DNA from: Paraspadella gotoi
Lineage: Eukaryota > Animalia > Chaetognatha
DNA length: 64,000 nucleotides
Assembly (NCBI GenBank): GCA_051294375.1
Contig: CM119264.1
Span: 5,811,621-5,875,620 of the forward strand
Direction: 5' to 3'
The notes under the pieces were generated by a model. That model did not search any database. It was not told the origin of the DNA and saw only the letters and a program-made list of their open reading frames with translations. This document shows positions 47,353 to 58,954 of the stretch, one piece after another (within the stretch, counting starts at the first letter, position 1; every line of letters begins with the position of its first letter). The position numbers and the translations under genes are program-made.

Positions 47353-49752
47353 TCACTCAGTGTCGCCGAACTCGGCGTTCCAATCCTCGAATGCTTTGAG
47401 CGAGTCTGGGGCGACGCTACGTTTCACTTTCTTCAGCGCCGTTTCAAAGTCTCTGTAGAGAATGGATCGAACGGCGGAAGCGGCGCCGCCCTTTTTCGTC
47501 TTGGCCGGCGCGGTGGGGACTGCGGGCGCCGCGAGGTCAATCTCTCTGACGGGACCCATGGCGGCGTCGCGAGCCAAGTGGGTCAAGTCGCTCCCGGAGT
47601 ATCCCTCCGTCGCTGCCGCCACCCGCTTCAGGTCGGCGTCGCTGAGATCGTGGCGGTTCTGCCGCAGGAGGCGGCGGAGGAGATGAACGCGAGTCTCGGA
47701 ATCGGGAAGGGTCACGTGGACGCGTTTGGGAAAGCGGCGAAGGGCGGCGTCGTCGAGTTCCTGGGCCAAATAAAATGTGAAGGCGAATTAAAATTGGGTC
47801 AACCGATAATTAGAGAAAAAATTTTAAAAGTATAGTGATTTCGCCAGACGTTACTATCAAATAAAATTAATGAAAAATTCCCCCAAAAAAACCTAATGAT
47901 TGATGCAATAACGAATTATTGATATAATAGTAATTGATTGATTTATTTAATAATAATTGATTATAGATGCGATGATAACCAAATATTGATGCGATAACCA
48001 AATATTGATATGATGATAACCAAACATTGATGAGATGATAACCAAATAATTAATGCGATGATAACCAAATGATTGATGCGATGATAACCAAATGATTGAT
48101 GCGATGATAACCAAATGATGGATGCAATGATAGTCATTCATTGATGCGATGATAATCATTCATTGACACGATGGTAATCATTTATTGATACGATGAGTTA
48201 TTGTAATTAAAAACAAACAAATGCGTGTATGAGTGATAGAGAGAGATAAAGAGAAAAAAAAGATATGTTAAAACAGCGTGACGACAACGACGACTACGGT
48301 CAAAAGAAGCCGAAACGAATTAACATCTCGCCCAAGTCGGGCATTCGCCCGTCTGGCGAGATAAAAACTAAAAGTAAAACTTCATCTAAAACACAATAAA
48401 CCGATAAAGTTATAAAGTCAATGATAAGTACAACACCATCCGGAACCTGAGGTCGGTTGGTGGCGGCCATGACGAGGATGCTCTCTCCATCGTCGGCGCC
48501 GACGCCGTCGAACTGGAGGAGGAATTCGGTCTTGAGGCGACGCGAGGCTTCGTTTTCTCCATCGCGACGACGACAGAGGATCGAGTCGACCTCGTCGATG
48601 AACACGACCGAGGGTTGCCACTGGCGGGCGACGGCGAAGAGGGCGCGGACCTGGAGGGAAATCGAACAGAAAGATGGGCCGACCGACCAGGTAATTATCA
48701 CACCGATAACTCTTAATTCGTAAATCACTCTCACCAGCTTCTCCCCCTCTCCAACCCATTTGGAGGTAAGAGTGGCGGCGCTGACGTTAAAAAAGGTGGC
48801 GTCCGACTCGGCGGCAACGGCCTTCGCCAGAAAGGACTTTCCGTTACCCGGGGGGCCGAAGAGAAGGAGGCCGCGGGCCGGGGATCGGAGGCCGGTAAAT
48901 AGTTCAGGTCGGAGGATAGGGAGGATAACGATCTCTCTGAAGGGAAAGTGGGCACGGGGGAGACGATAGTAATCACTAAATTCGTCAACGGAAGATTTAA
49001 AAAAAGAAAACTGGAAATCCCATCCGGTCTCACTTTAACGCCTGCTTGGCTTTCTCCTGTCCGACCACATCGTCGAACCCGACCGAGTTCTTCGCGTCGT
49101 CCACAATTTCACCGGTGATGATTTCGGCCAGTTTCGGGTCCACTCCCTTCAGCTTTTGCCTGTGCGCCGACGGATCCAGGTTCTCCTTTTTTGGCCGAGC
49201 GGCGACTGGCGCCCCGGGCCGCGTCCCCGGGGGTCTCGGAGAGCGCGCGGCGGAAACGCCTTTCTTAGCAGGTGGTGCCTTTTTAACGACGGTAGGCGGT
49301 TTAGTCGATACGGCGTCGACCGGCGGCTTGGAGAGCGCGCCGCGACCGCTCAAAATCCGATGAACTGGCCGCGAATCTTCTTTCTCTTCCTTCCCCTCCT
49401 TTTGCTTCGATCCTACAGCCTCATTGTCGTTCTCGTCCAAAACGACTTCGAGTCTCTGTCGACAATCGTCCCGCGTTTTAGTCATCTTCCGAAAGAGTTT
49501 GGCAGCGCGGGCGTGTTCCTTAGAGAGGCGCTCGACTGGGGAGAATTCGGGGGCGGCGAAGATGGCGATCCCTCGCTCCAAATTCTCAACGCCCTCCGCG
49601 TAAAGGTCGACGACGCGGAGTCTCTCCGTCTCGTTGAGTTTGCGGGCGGCAGATTTGGCCGACTCCTCCACCTCCAGCGCCTCGGAAATAGCGGCAAAGG
49701 CAGCCTTCTCCGACTCGCGCTGCCGGTGGTAAATGTCGGCCGGGTCGCTCAT
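47353..49752 (-). CDS. SPAST: Spastin (MIT domain + AAA ATPase), 4 exons
   Basis: MIT-like N-terminus, [57 protein letters not shown] and [16 protein letters not shown] motifs. Confidence 0.93.
47816..48367 (-). mobile_element. Helentron/HINE-like family B copy in SPAST intron 3 with ~21-bp tandem core
   Basis: 5' ttttatctcgccagacgggcgaatgcccgacttgggcgagat hairpin; 3' cgtctggcgaaatcact; tandem gattgatgcgatgataaccaaat at ~47960-48190. Confidence 0.68.
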
Positions 49753-52700
49753 CGTTAGTCGCTTATGTCTTTATTTGACAAAAATGAATTCGTGCGAGTC
49801 AGTGAAGAATTTTTTCAAATTGTTTTTTCTTAGAAAATATTGCCATTGGAATTTAAAAGATTTTTTTTAGGAGTTCAGAGGCAGATGGTCCAATGTAACG
49901 GAACGTAGTTTTTTTGGGGGGTTTTTAGTCGGCATCTGTAATTAAGTTACATAAAAGACGTTAATAGTCGTACAAGCTTACGGAGCGTTCGAGTATTGGT
50001 ATTTACAGTTTGGTCACTGCAATACATTAAACTTTCTAGGCGGTACACACGGGCGGCAATTGATAAAATTATAGAAATATAATTTTGTAGCTAATTGATA
50101 ATGTAGTATTTTAGGATATATTATATCTTGACTTTTCGAAGCTGAACTTAGCACTCGATAACTTCTTTAGATAAAAAAACCTCTATCTAGCATAAGCGTA
50201 ATCATCTTGTAAAATGGAAATCCGACTTCAGAGCAACTATATAAGTCGGTCTGTCCCATTTAAATAAATAAAAAGGCTCATAACTCGATTTTTATGAATT
50301 GCTCATTTGTTAAGACAGGAAAAAACCTCAAATCAAAATTAATGCTGGTGCCGCCTTCAGGAAAGACGGAATTCCGATGCAGTGCGTGTCACAAAAAGTT
50401 ATTTTAGTTAATACTTTGCAGACTGGGAAGACATTACTAAATGCTTCTTGTGCATGCNNNNNNNNNNTTTAGTTAATACTTTGAAGACTGGGAAGACATT
50501 ACTAAATACTTCTTGTGCATGTATTTCATACTTGTGTAATCATATGACCATGCAAAACTACGGTCATGATATCACAAAATGCGGCATATTTCGTGTAATG
50601 TCTGGTTGTTAGAAATAAAACTTTGCACACTGCACCCTAGTGAATTAGTGATCTACTATAAGACGTTTGTTATACATAAATTTCATTGTCATGTAATGAT
50701 GTGATCACAAGAAAACACACGTGAAAAGAACGTCACTTCGGCACAACTCACTGAATGGACCGACCGATCTTGTTTTAATAATTTTTTTATTATATTTTCT
50801 TCAGCTTTGAAAAGGTTTAGGTAAAAATAAGCGTATTTATATCCGGCATTTACGCCCGTGTGACTACACCATGAAATATTAAGGAAGAAAGTAGTTAATT
50901 TTTATATATGACAACTTTTTCTTTAATAATGCCAAAAAATATACGAAGTTTACGAATTAAAAGCGATAGATGATAATACATGTATTTTAATTTCTAGAAA
51001 AGAACAAAAGTAAAAAAAAAAAGTGTCATATATAGTTATTAACACAACTTTCATTGCTTTTGGAACCGAATTTCTGCAGCAGCATTTCGAGGAATATGAC
51101 AAGGTTATTTTTCACCCTGAAGCGCTCAGATTCATGCGTTGGCAATGTCCGGCGAGGTTTCATAAAAAGATCAATCACATTTGCTGTATAGGTAGTCATG
51201 GTAGAAGTTGGCCTTTAAACTGATATGTAATCACTTAATGATTATCTTTCTGAAATTAGTTAATCAAAAACTAGTATAAGAGTAAACAAGTCCAGGAAAG
51301 CACAGAGAACATCACTTGAAACATTGGGCATTTGCAAAATTGGGCTTTTGTGATCTTGTTCATTGTAATTATCGTTGGTAAGGCTGTGCATTTCAGGGTC
51401 TTCTTCATTGTTTACATAATCTAAATTATCATTAAACAAACCTTAAAATAATAAAAAAAATAACTTTCTACACTTTTTTCGAAAACAAAAAAGTTATAAC
51501 TTTACAGTCTAGTAACATGTATCTATCAAATACAGTGCGGCTTTGTTTAACTGTCTTTGCGGCACCCCAAATAATTATGATTTATATACAAATAGTTAAA
51601 GTTTAGTATTATTCAGAAATCCTTATTATTCATTATTCAAAAATTCATTATTCTTGTAAACTTAATAAGTGAAACCTATTTTGACAATCAAGGCCTAAAA
51701 ATTTTCAGACAGAAAATGTTCTTTAATTCCTTTAGTAAAAGTCCAACTTAAGGTGTCTCATAAATTTGAGTAAAATTTACTTTTGGCTAACCACTAATTA
51801 TATCAGATCTAATTGCAGCTGTGCCGAATATTTTAAGGTTAAATCGAAATCACAGTGTTGCATAAAAACTCGATTTGAGCGTCAAAAAATCCTGGATTTA
51901 TTTGATTTAATTTTTTTCTATCGAGTTTAATATCACAGTCCATAAGCTTACTTTGGAAGAGAAAAATCTCCTTTAAATTATACAATCATAATCTCTAACA
52001 TCCTTTCCTATAGTCATTATTTTGGAGGCAGTCAGAAACATAGGACACTTTTTCTGTTGAAAAATATTTTTGAAGCCCTTATTTCAACGCTTATAAAACC
52101 ATAAATTCAAAGTATTTTGAACATTAGGCAATGACAAGATAGTAAATTAATAAAACGTTCTCACAGTGTCCTATTCTGTTTCCTCCCTTATCCAATTTGG
52201 ACGTAATAAATACAATTCAGATAAGTATTCAAACGAAAATTTTGAAAATTTATAAATAGTAGTTGTCTCGAAATTAGCTTTGCAAGGGTTAATATTAGGT
52301 TATGCAATGTTAAGTAAAAGTTTGTGCTTTCATTTCAACTCTTATCCGAATTACGAAGCTCAAATTATATCATATTTACTACAAAGATATAAGAATTCGT
52401 AATTATTTAAATTGGGGTCTTAATCGCTACTTATAATTTAAGTACTTCAATATATATCACAGAGGATCCGCATTTTCTCTTTGTTGTACTAATTAATGTT
52501 AGTTCTGCGTCATAACTAAGTATTGAATAAACGCGTAAACCTCTTGAGACGAAAATCACAGAGATACATGTGGAGTAAAGCAGTTAGGAAAGGTGTCAAC
52601 TGTACCTGATTTAAAAGTATGAAAGATATACCACAGATAAAAGACGAGCTCGTTCAATCACAGAGATACTAGTTTAAATCAGAAGCAATTATTAATGCAA

Positions 52701-55130
52701 CTTATTATTTTTAAAATACACATTTGTCTTTGTTTCCAACCAAAGGGCGGATGTTAATTTATAAACATATGCATTAATGACTTCTGAAACTGTACAATAA
52801 TCACAGAGAAAGAAATGCTGCTGCAGGACATTCGTGAGGTAATTCTTTCTCGTACGTCTTTAAAGCTAAACCACATATCTAAAAATCCGTAGATTATTCT
52901 ATTAAATTAAAAAAAGTATAGTGGAAGTAGCATATATAAATGCTATTTACAAAGATAATTTACGTCTAAATTCGTTTATTTTTAAGTACAGACTAACAAT
53001 ATAGATAATTGAAAAACTACAATGAATGCACTGATGAGCAATCCACCCAAGCATAAGATAGCGCTGACCAAGGAACAGAGAGAGGCAACTTCCAAACCAA
53101 TTGTCATATCCAAATTTTTTACTCCACCGAAATCATTTATGTTGGGAAAAAAACCATTGTCTACATAGTGCATAAGGCAAACTATTAAAACCATTTTAAC
53201 TAGTTTTGATAAAGCTAAAAAAATTTGATAACTATATACATCAACAGCCAATATTAACCATGTTTTAAAGCAGCACATTTAACCCGAATTTGGACCAAAC
53301 ATGTGGAGTAAAAGAAAAAAGATGTCATTTATTATAGATCGTTATATCATTGCAAAGGAAGCACAAAATTTACAAGTCTAGAAAAAAAGAACGCAATTAT
53401 ATCGACATATTTTGCTCAAGTAGCACCATGAAACAAGGTCAGCACTCAGTAAATTTCTTTTAAGATGGTTGGGATTATTATTATATGGATTGTCAAAATA
53501 ATTCAAATCAATATAAAAAATGTAATGCTTAATTTACTTTCGTGAACAAAAATTATTAAAATCCATAAAGTAGCCTGTAGGGCATTAACAGAATATGACT
53601 ATTTGTACGTAATTAAGGACCTGGGAGGTATCTGAGTGACTTTATATTTTTAACTCAGTTCGATAAAATTCGATAAAAGTTACTTGATTTAAGTTATTTA
53701 TCCCATTGTCTCATTTCGACTAAGATATATGTAGCCTCCAATAATAAAAGTTAACTGTTCAGTGTTCAATAGTTAGTGTAATTTTTTATATACCTATTAA
53801 ATTAATACCCCGCTATCTACAGTTTTGAACCTTAAAACAAATCACGTTCTTGAATAATGAATATTGTTTTTATTAAAACTAAATCTTAAAATCTTTAAAG
53901 ATTTTTCTTGATTATAATTATATAAATCTTTTTTCGAGATCAAAAAAGTTTTAAGTTCTGTGCTTCTTTTCTCTAATTATTATCTTATTTTGTGAGATTC
54001 TTACCCTGAATAAAATGTAATCATATTATTTGCCAAAGGTTATTTTTACTATATATTTGTTTATAATCACAGCATTTGAAATTTTGAAGGAATTCATCAT
54101 GTGTGTGCTTCGATATGAGTACATAATTTGCAAGAAATCAAGGAGATCCAGTGTAATTGATTCCGTTTATGTCTGAGACGCTCATAATCTCAGGATTTTT
54201 TAAACAAATGAGGAGGTAGCTGATAATATGAAAACACCATTTATAAATGCCAATAACTTGAACTGACACTAAGTCAATACTCAATAGTGAGTGAGTAACC
54301 ATGGAAAATTAAAAAAATCTGGCAGCTAGCCTTTTAAATAAACCTTAACTTGATTGCAAAAAATTTCTTCCTAATAATGTTAATTTACCAATATGTCTGA
54401 AAAAGAAGAGTAAATACATGCCAATATGTTTTCAACCGAAAATAGGTGAAACTGGTCGTGAAAAATGTTCAAAACAACAAAAATTTCATTCATGCCAGAT
54501 TAATTTAGTTGACCATGGTTACTGTTAGTTATGGTAATTTATCAACCCAAAAAAGCGTCAAAAGCCAACGTAAGCTACAAAAATGAATTGCCCGAAACAA
54601 TCATACTATATGACTATTATGACTAGTCAATATTGACAACTTAACTACAACCAATTCTCCGATTTTAAAACGGTCACATTCATTCTGGACATGTGGTTAG
54701 CAAAACCAACGATAAAAATTACTGTAAAAGTCTAAATTAAAAAGTTCCCATATTTAAGAATTTAAATGCCTTTTTAATATGGTCTTAGAAATTAATAATT
54801 GTTCGTATACGATTTATGTATATCGAAAAAAGTAATATAGAAGAACCTCTTCGTAACTGATGATTTTTTAGTAAATATCAACGGAACAATCTTAAATTTT
54901 ACGCAGAAGAATCTCAAAATCAGGGCTTTTATTTGTATGTAGCCGTAACAATAAAAAATTAATTCAACTTTTTTGTTTCATAAAAGATCACAAAAAATGA
55001 CTTAGAGAGAAACTTCCGATGACAAAAGTCGTCGCCGATTTTTGTAATTTTTTTTATTCTTCTTTCCGTGCCATGCTTGATTGAAGATTACGGGATGGTA
55101 GGGGGAGTTTCTCTCGTAAACGGCCTCTCA

Positions 55131-58100
55131 TCACAGACAGAGTGCAATGGAGTGAAGAACTTTGGGCACTTCTAGGACAGAGGAAATGGTATAGGTCGGC
55201 TCGAAAATATCACTGTCTCCGTAGTCAAAGGAGTAGGAGGAAGTTTGAGCCGTGGCTTGGGCGAGAAGAGCGGCGGCCACGGCAGGGGGCAGACCCGCAC
55301 CATAGCTCGGAGAGAAGGAAGTAGTTTCCTGTTGAGTGTTGAGAGATTAAAACTCATGTATCACACTAGAGAAAGTCCTGGAAGAATTCTTGCGTACATT
55401 TGTGGAGAATTAAATAGACTACACTATATGAGCAAAAAAACGAGCCACTTTATAACTTTAAATACTGGACACTTTATTATAAAATTAAAAATTATTATAA
55501 AAATAATTTGTATTTTTTATTACTAAATTTTACAAAAAATTTAAAACTTTGTATATACATTTCACAATGTATTATATTTTTCAAGCACTGTGTGTCTCTC
55601 TCTCTCTCTCCAATTTAATTTCTTTTCACAAACTATCTCTGTCCTCACCTTCANNNNNNNNNNNNNNNNNNNNNNNNNNNNNNNNNNNNNNNNNNNNNNN
55701 NNNNNNNNNNNNNNNNNNNNNNNNNNNNNNNNNNNNNNNNNNNNNNNNNNNNNNNNNNNNNNNNNNNNNNNNNNNNNNNNNNNNNNNNNNNNNNNNNNNN
55801 NNNNNNNNNNNNNNNNNNNNNNNNNNNNNNNNNNNNNNNNNNNNNNNNNNNNNNNNNNNNNNNNNNNNNNNNNNNNNNNNNNNNNNNNNNNNNNNNNNNN
55901 NNNNNNNNNNNNNNNNNNNNNNNNNNNNNNNNNNNNNNNNNNNNNNNNNNNNNNNNNNNNNNNNNNNNNNNNNNNNNNNNNNNNNNNNNNNNNNNNNNNN
56001 NNNNNNNNNNNNNNNNNNNNNNNNNNNNNNNNNNNNNNNNNNNNNNNNNNNNNNNNNNNNNNNNNNNNNNNNNNNNNNNNNNNNNNNNNNNNNNNNNNNN
56101 NNNNNNNNNNNNNNNNNNNNNNNNNNNNNNNNNNNNNNNNNNNNNNNNNNNNNNNNNNNNNNNNNNNNNNNNNNNNNNNNNNNNNNNNNNNNNNNNNNNN
56201 NNNNNNNNNNNNNNNNNNNNNNNNNNNNNNNNNNNNNNNNNNNNNNNNNNNNNNNNNNNNNNNNNNNNNNNNNNNNNNNNNNNNNNNNNNNNNNNNNNNN
56301 NNNNNNNNNNNNNNNNNNNNNNNNNNNNNNNNNNNNNNNNNNNNNNNNNNNNNNNNNNNNNNNNNNNNNNNNNNNNNNNNNNNNNNNNNNNNNNNNNNNN
56401 NNNNNNNNNNNNNNNNNNNNNNNNNATTCAGCATTTAAAAAAATATTGGTATTAATTATTGTATTTTAAAATATATCTATATATTTTATATATATTTCCT
56501 ATCTATAATTGAATATTAAAAAATTAATTACTAGAGTACTAGTGCTTCGAGCCTTTTTATTATTTATTGAAAATTTTTTTCAAAAATGATTAAATTTTTA
56601 TTTGGGAAGATTTTCGTATATTTTTTTTTTAAAATTGAGCTATCTATTTGGGAACATTGATTTTTTTAAAAATGTAGTACTCTATCGTAAAGCTATATGT
56701 AAAAAAATTGATTTAATTATATGCGTTTTATTTCAAAAATTCAACATGGTTGATTCAGTACAGACAATAAGATCAAGCAAGATTAGGTTTTAAATAAAAA
56801 AAACAGAATAGTTAATTAAATAGTAAAGAAAGGAATTATTCTTTTGAGTACCGTGCTTTTTTAACAATAGATCTTAATAAATAAATTTTTTTTTACATTT
56901 GTTTAAACATAGTGAAAATGTCCTGGTAACCAAAGAAGCTACTTAAGTCACGAATACTTTCCCATCTGTTAAATCCAAAGATCTTATGATTAATCTTTTT
57001 TTAAATATTTTTTATTTTTTATAGATTAAAATATAAAAAGATTATATAAGGGAAATACAGAGAGATAACTGGTTACTGGTTGACCCAGATCTTTAAAATA
57101 ATAATTTAAGGTTATTAAAAATCAAATAAATGATAGGTTAATAATTTGGAATATTTTGAATAATATTTAATTTTCCTATTTTGATTTAAAATATATACTT
57201 TTTAACAATTTGATGATTAAATAAATAAATTTATAACATATTGATTTATTTTTTTTTAAATTATTTTTTAGAACAAAGTTTTCAAGAGAGATTTAAAACG
57301 ATTGTTATTTCATAGTGAAACGGACATGTTTCGACTCACATACGAGTCTTCTTCAGCGCCAATCAAGAATTTGAAGAGATTTTGTGCATAAAGAAAGAGA
57401 GAGAGAGAACAGAGCAAAGTTTCTAACACAGAGTTTGAGAGAAAGAGATAGTAGTTCAATTTTTTATTAGGGATAGGATATATATATATACTAGTATATA
57501 TATACTATAATAAAATGTATACCTTTGATATCGGTGCTCAGGTTGTCACCAATCATCACCATCTCTTCCAAAGAAACTCCGATTTGCTCCGACGCGTAAC
57601 GAAATATCTCAGCGTCAGGTTTCTGCACGGAAAGAGAAAAGCGGAAAAGTTATGCCATCTAATGATGCCTTTATCGAGAGACGGACCGACGGACGGATAA
57701 ATATGCGAATTGAGGAAAGATAAGTAGATAGATATACATTGACAGAAATAAAATCAAGAAAAGTAATACGTAGGCAAAACCTTGCAGTCGTAATCGCCGC
57801 TGACGATGACGCAGTCGAAGAGATCCCGGACTCCGGTTCTCTCCAGCTTCTCCCACTGGATGCAGGAGTGGCCATTGGTGATGAGGACGAGGGTGTACTC
57901 GTGACGCAGCCGGCGCAGCATCGCCTCCACGTCCTCGTCCAGCGCGAGGTAGTCGAGGCGCTGCGACTTCCAGTAGTGATATATCAAGGCCACGGAGGAG
58001 GGCGGAATCGTTTCGGGAGCAAGGACCTCGGACACAGCCTGAAATNNNNNNNNNNAAATAAAACGCATATAATTAAATCAATTTTTTTTACATATAGCTT

Positions 58101-58888
58101 TACGATAGAGTACTACATTTTAAAAAATCAATGTTCCCAAATAGATAGCTCAATTTTAAAAAAAAATATACGAAAATCTTCCCAAATAAAACTTAAATCA
58201 TTTTTGAAAAAATTTTTAATAAATTAAAAATTTTTAAAATGGCTTGAAGCACTCGTAGTCTAGTAATTAATTTTTTAATATTCAATTATAGATAGGAAAT
58301 ATATACAAATATATTTTAATATAATAATTAATACCAAAAATGAATTTTTTTAATGCTGTTCCCATTAAAATTTGATTGGCAAGATCTAATAAAGTGACGC
58401 GGTTTTTTTGCACATGACTGTAGACATGCTCGGGATGATCGTTTAATCTTCCCATCCTCGAAAAAGTCATCTGCAATTTCATTTGAAAATGACGTGGACC
58501 GCTTTTTAGTTTTAAACTTCCTCTCTATCTAAATTTTGATCTACAGAATTCGTATTATTACTCCGACTATTTTTAAATTATTTCTTGTCTTGTACTCTCC
58601 AACACCCTCTCACCTGAGAAATTTTAGACTGAGAGGGATCGAGAGCGCGGGAGCGACTCTCTTCTTCGGCATCACAGGATGAGTTGTTGTCTCGAGCCGA
58701 CGGCTCGAGTCCGCGAGCGGAGGCGGCGGACCGAGGAAGCGTCGCGTTTGATCCGGCGTCACCCGAAGAGGCGGACGGGCGCGCAACGATCGCGGAAGTC
58801 GACGTCTCCGTCGGGGAAATCGATCCGCCCGACTGCATGAGGTGCGTCGTGACCCAGACCGTCGCAAGCATTCCCGCGTTGAAACCGC
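55131..58888 (-). CDS. NANP: N-acylneuraminate-9-phosphatase (HAD family), partial; exons present out of order
   Basis: Exons 58038-57781 (LVLITNG..IQWEKL..FDCVIVSGD), 57622-57523 (KPDAEIF..MIGDNLSTDIK), 58888-58614 (GGFNAGMLATVWV) and 55328-55131 (EPTYTISSVLEVPKVL*). Phases fit only in that order; the N-terminal FFDLDNT exon was not seen. Confidence 0.8.
56426..58352. repeat. Inverted repeat pair ~56426-56730 / ~58056-58357 in NANP introns
   Basis: gagctatctatttgggaacattgatt (56637) is the reverse complement of aatcaatgttcccaaatagatagctc (58126); similarity extends ~290 bp. Confidence 0.85.
57318..57360 (-). ncRNA. Minimal hammerhead ribozyme (Penelope type) in a NANP intron, sense to the gene
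   Basis: Minus strand reads ggcg-CTGAAGA-a-gactc(gtatgt)gagtc-GAAAC-at-GTC-cgtt; stem I ggcg/cgtt. Confidence 0.75.
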
Positions 58889-58954
58889 CTAATGGAATTT
58901 TTCAATTTTCAATTTGTCAAAAATCCGCAGGAAAAAGTTAAGGAAAAAAAAAAA

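Noticed and set aside
47960-48190. CRISPR-like repeat array
   Set aside because: No unique spacers; it is a minisatellite core of a Helentron-like element in a eukaryotic intron.
50403-50521. ~55-bp direct repeat
   Set aside because: It sits on both sides of a 10-N gap and is an unmerged contig overlap.
55549-56469. Long ORFs in the track
   Set aside because: They consist of the N gap.
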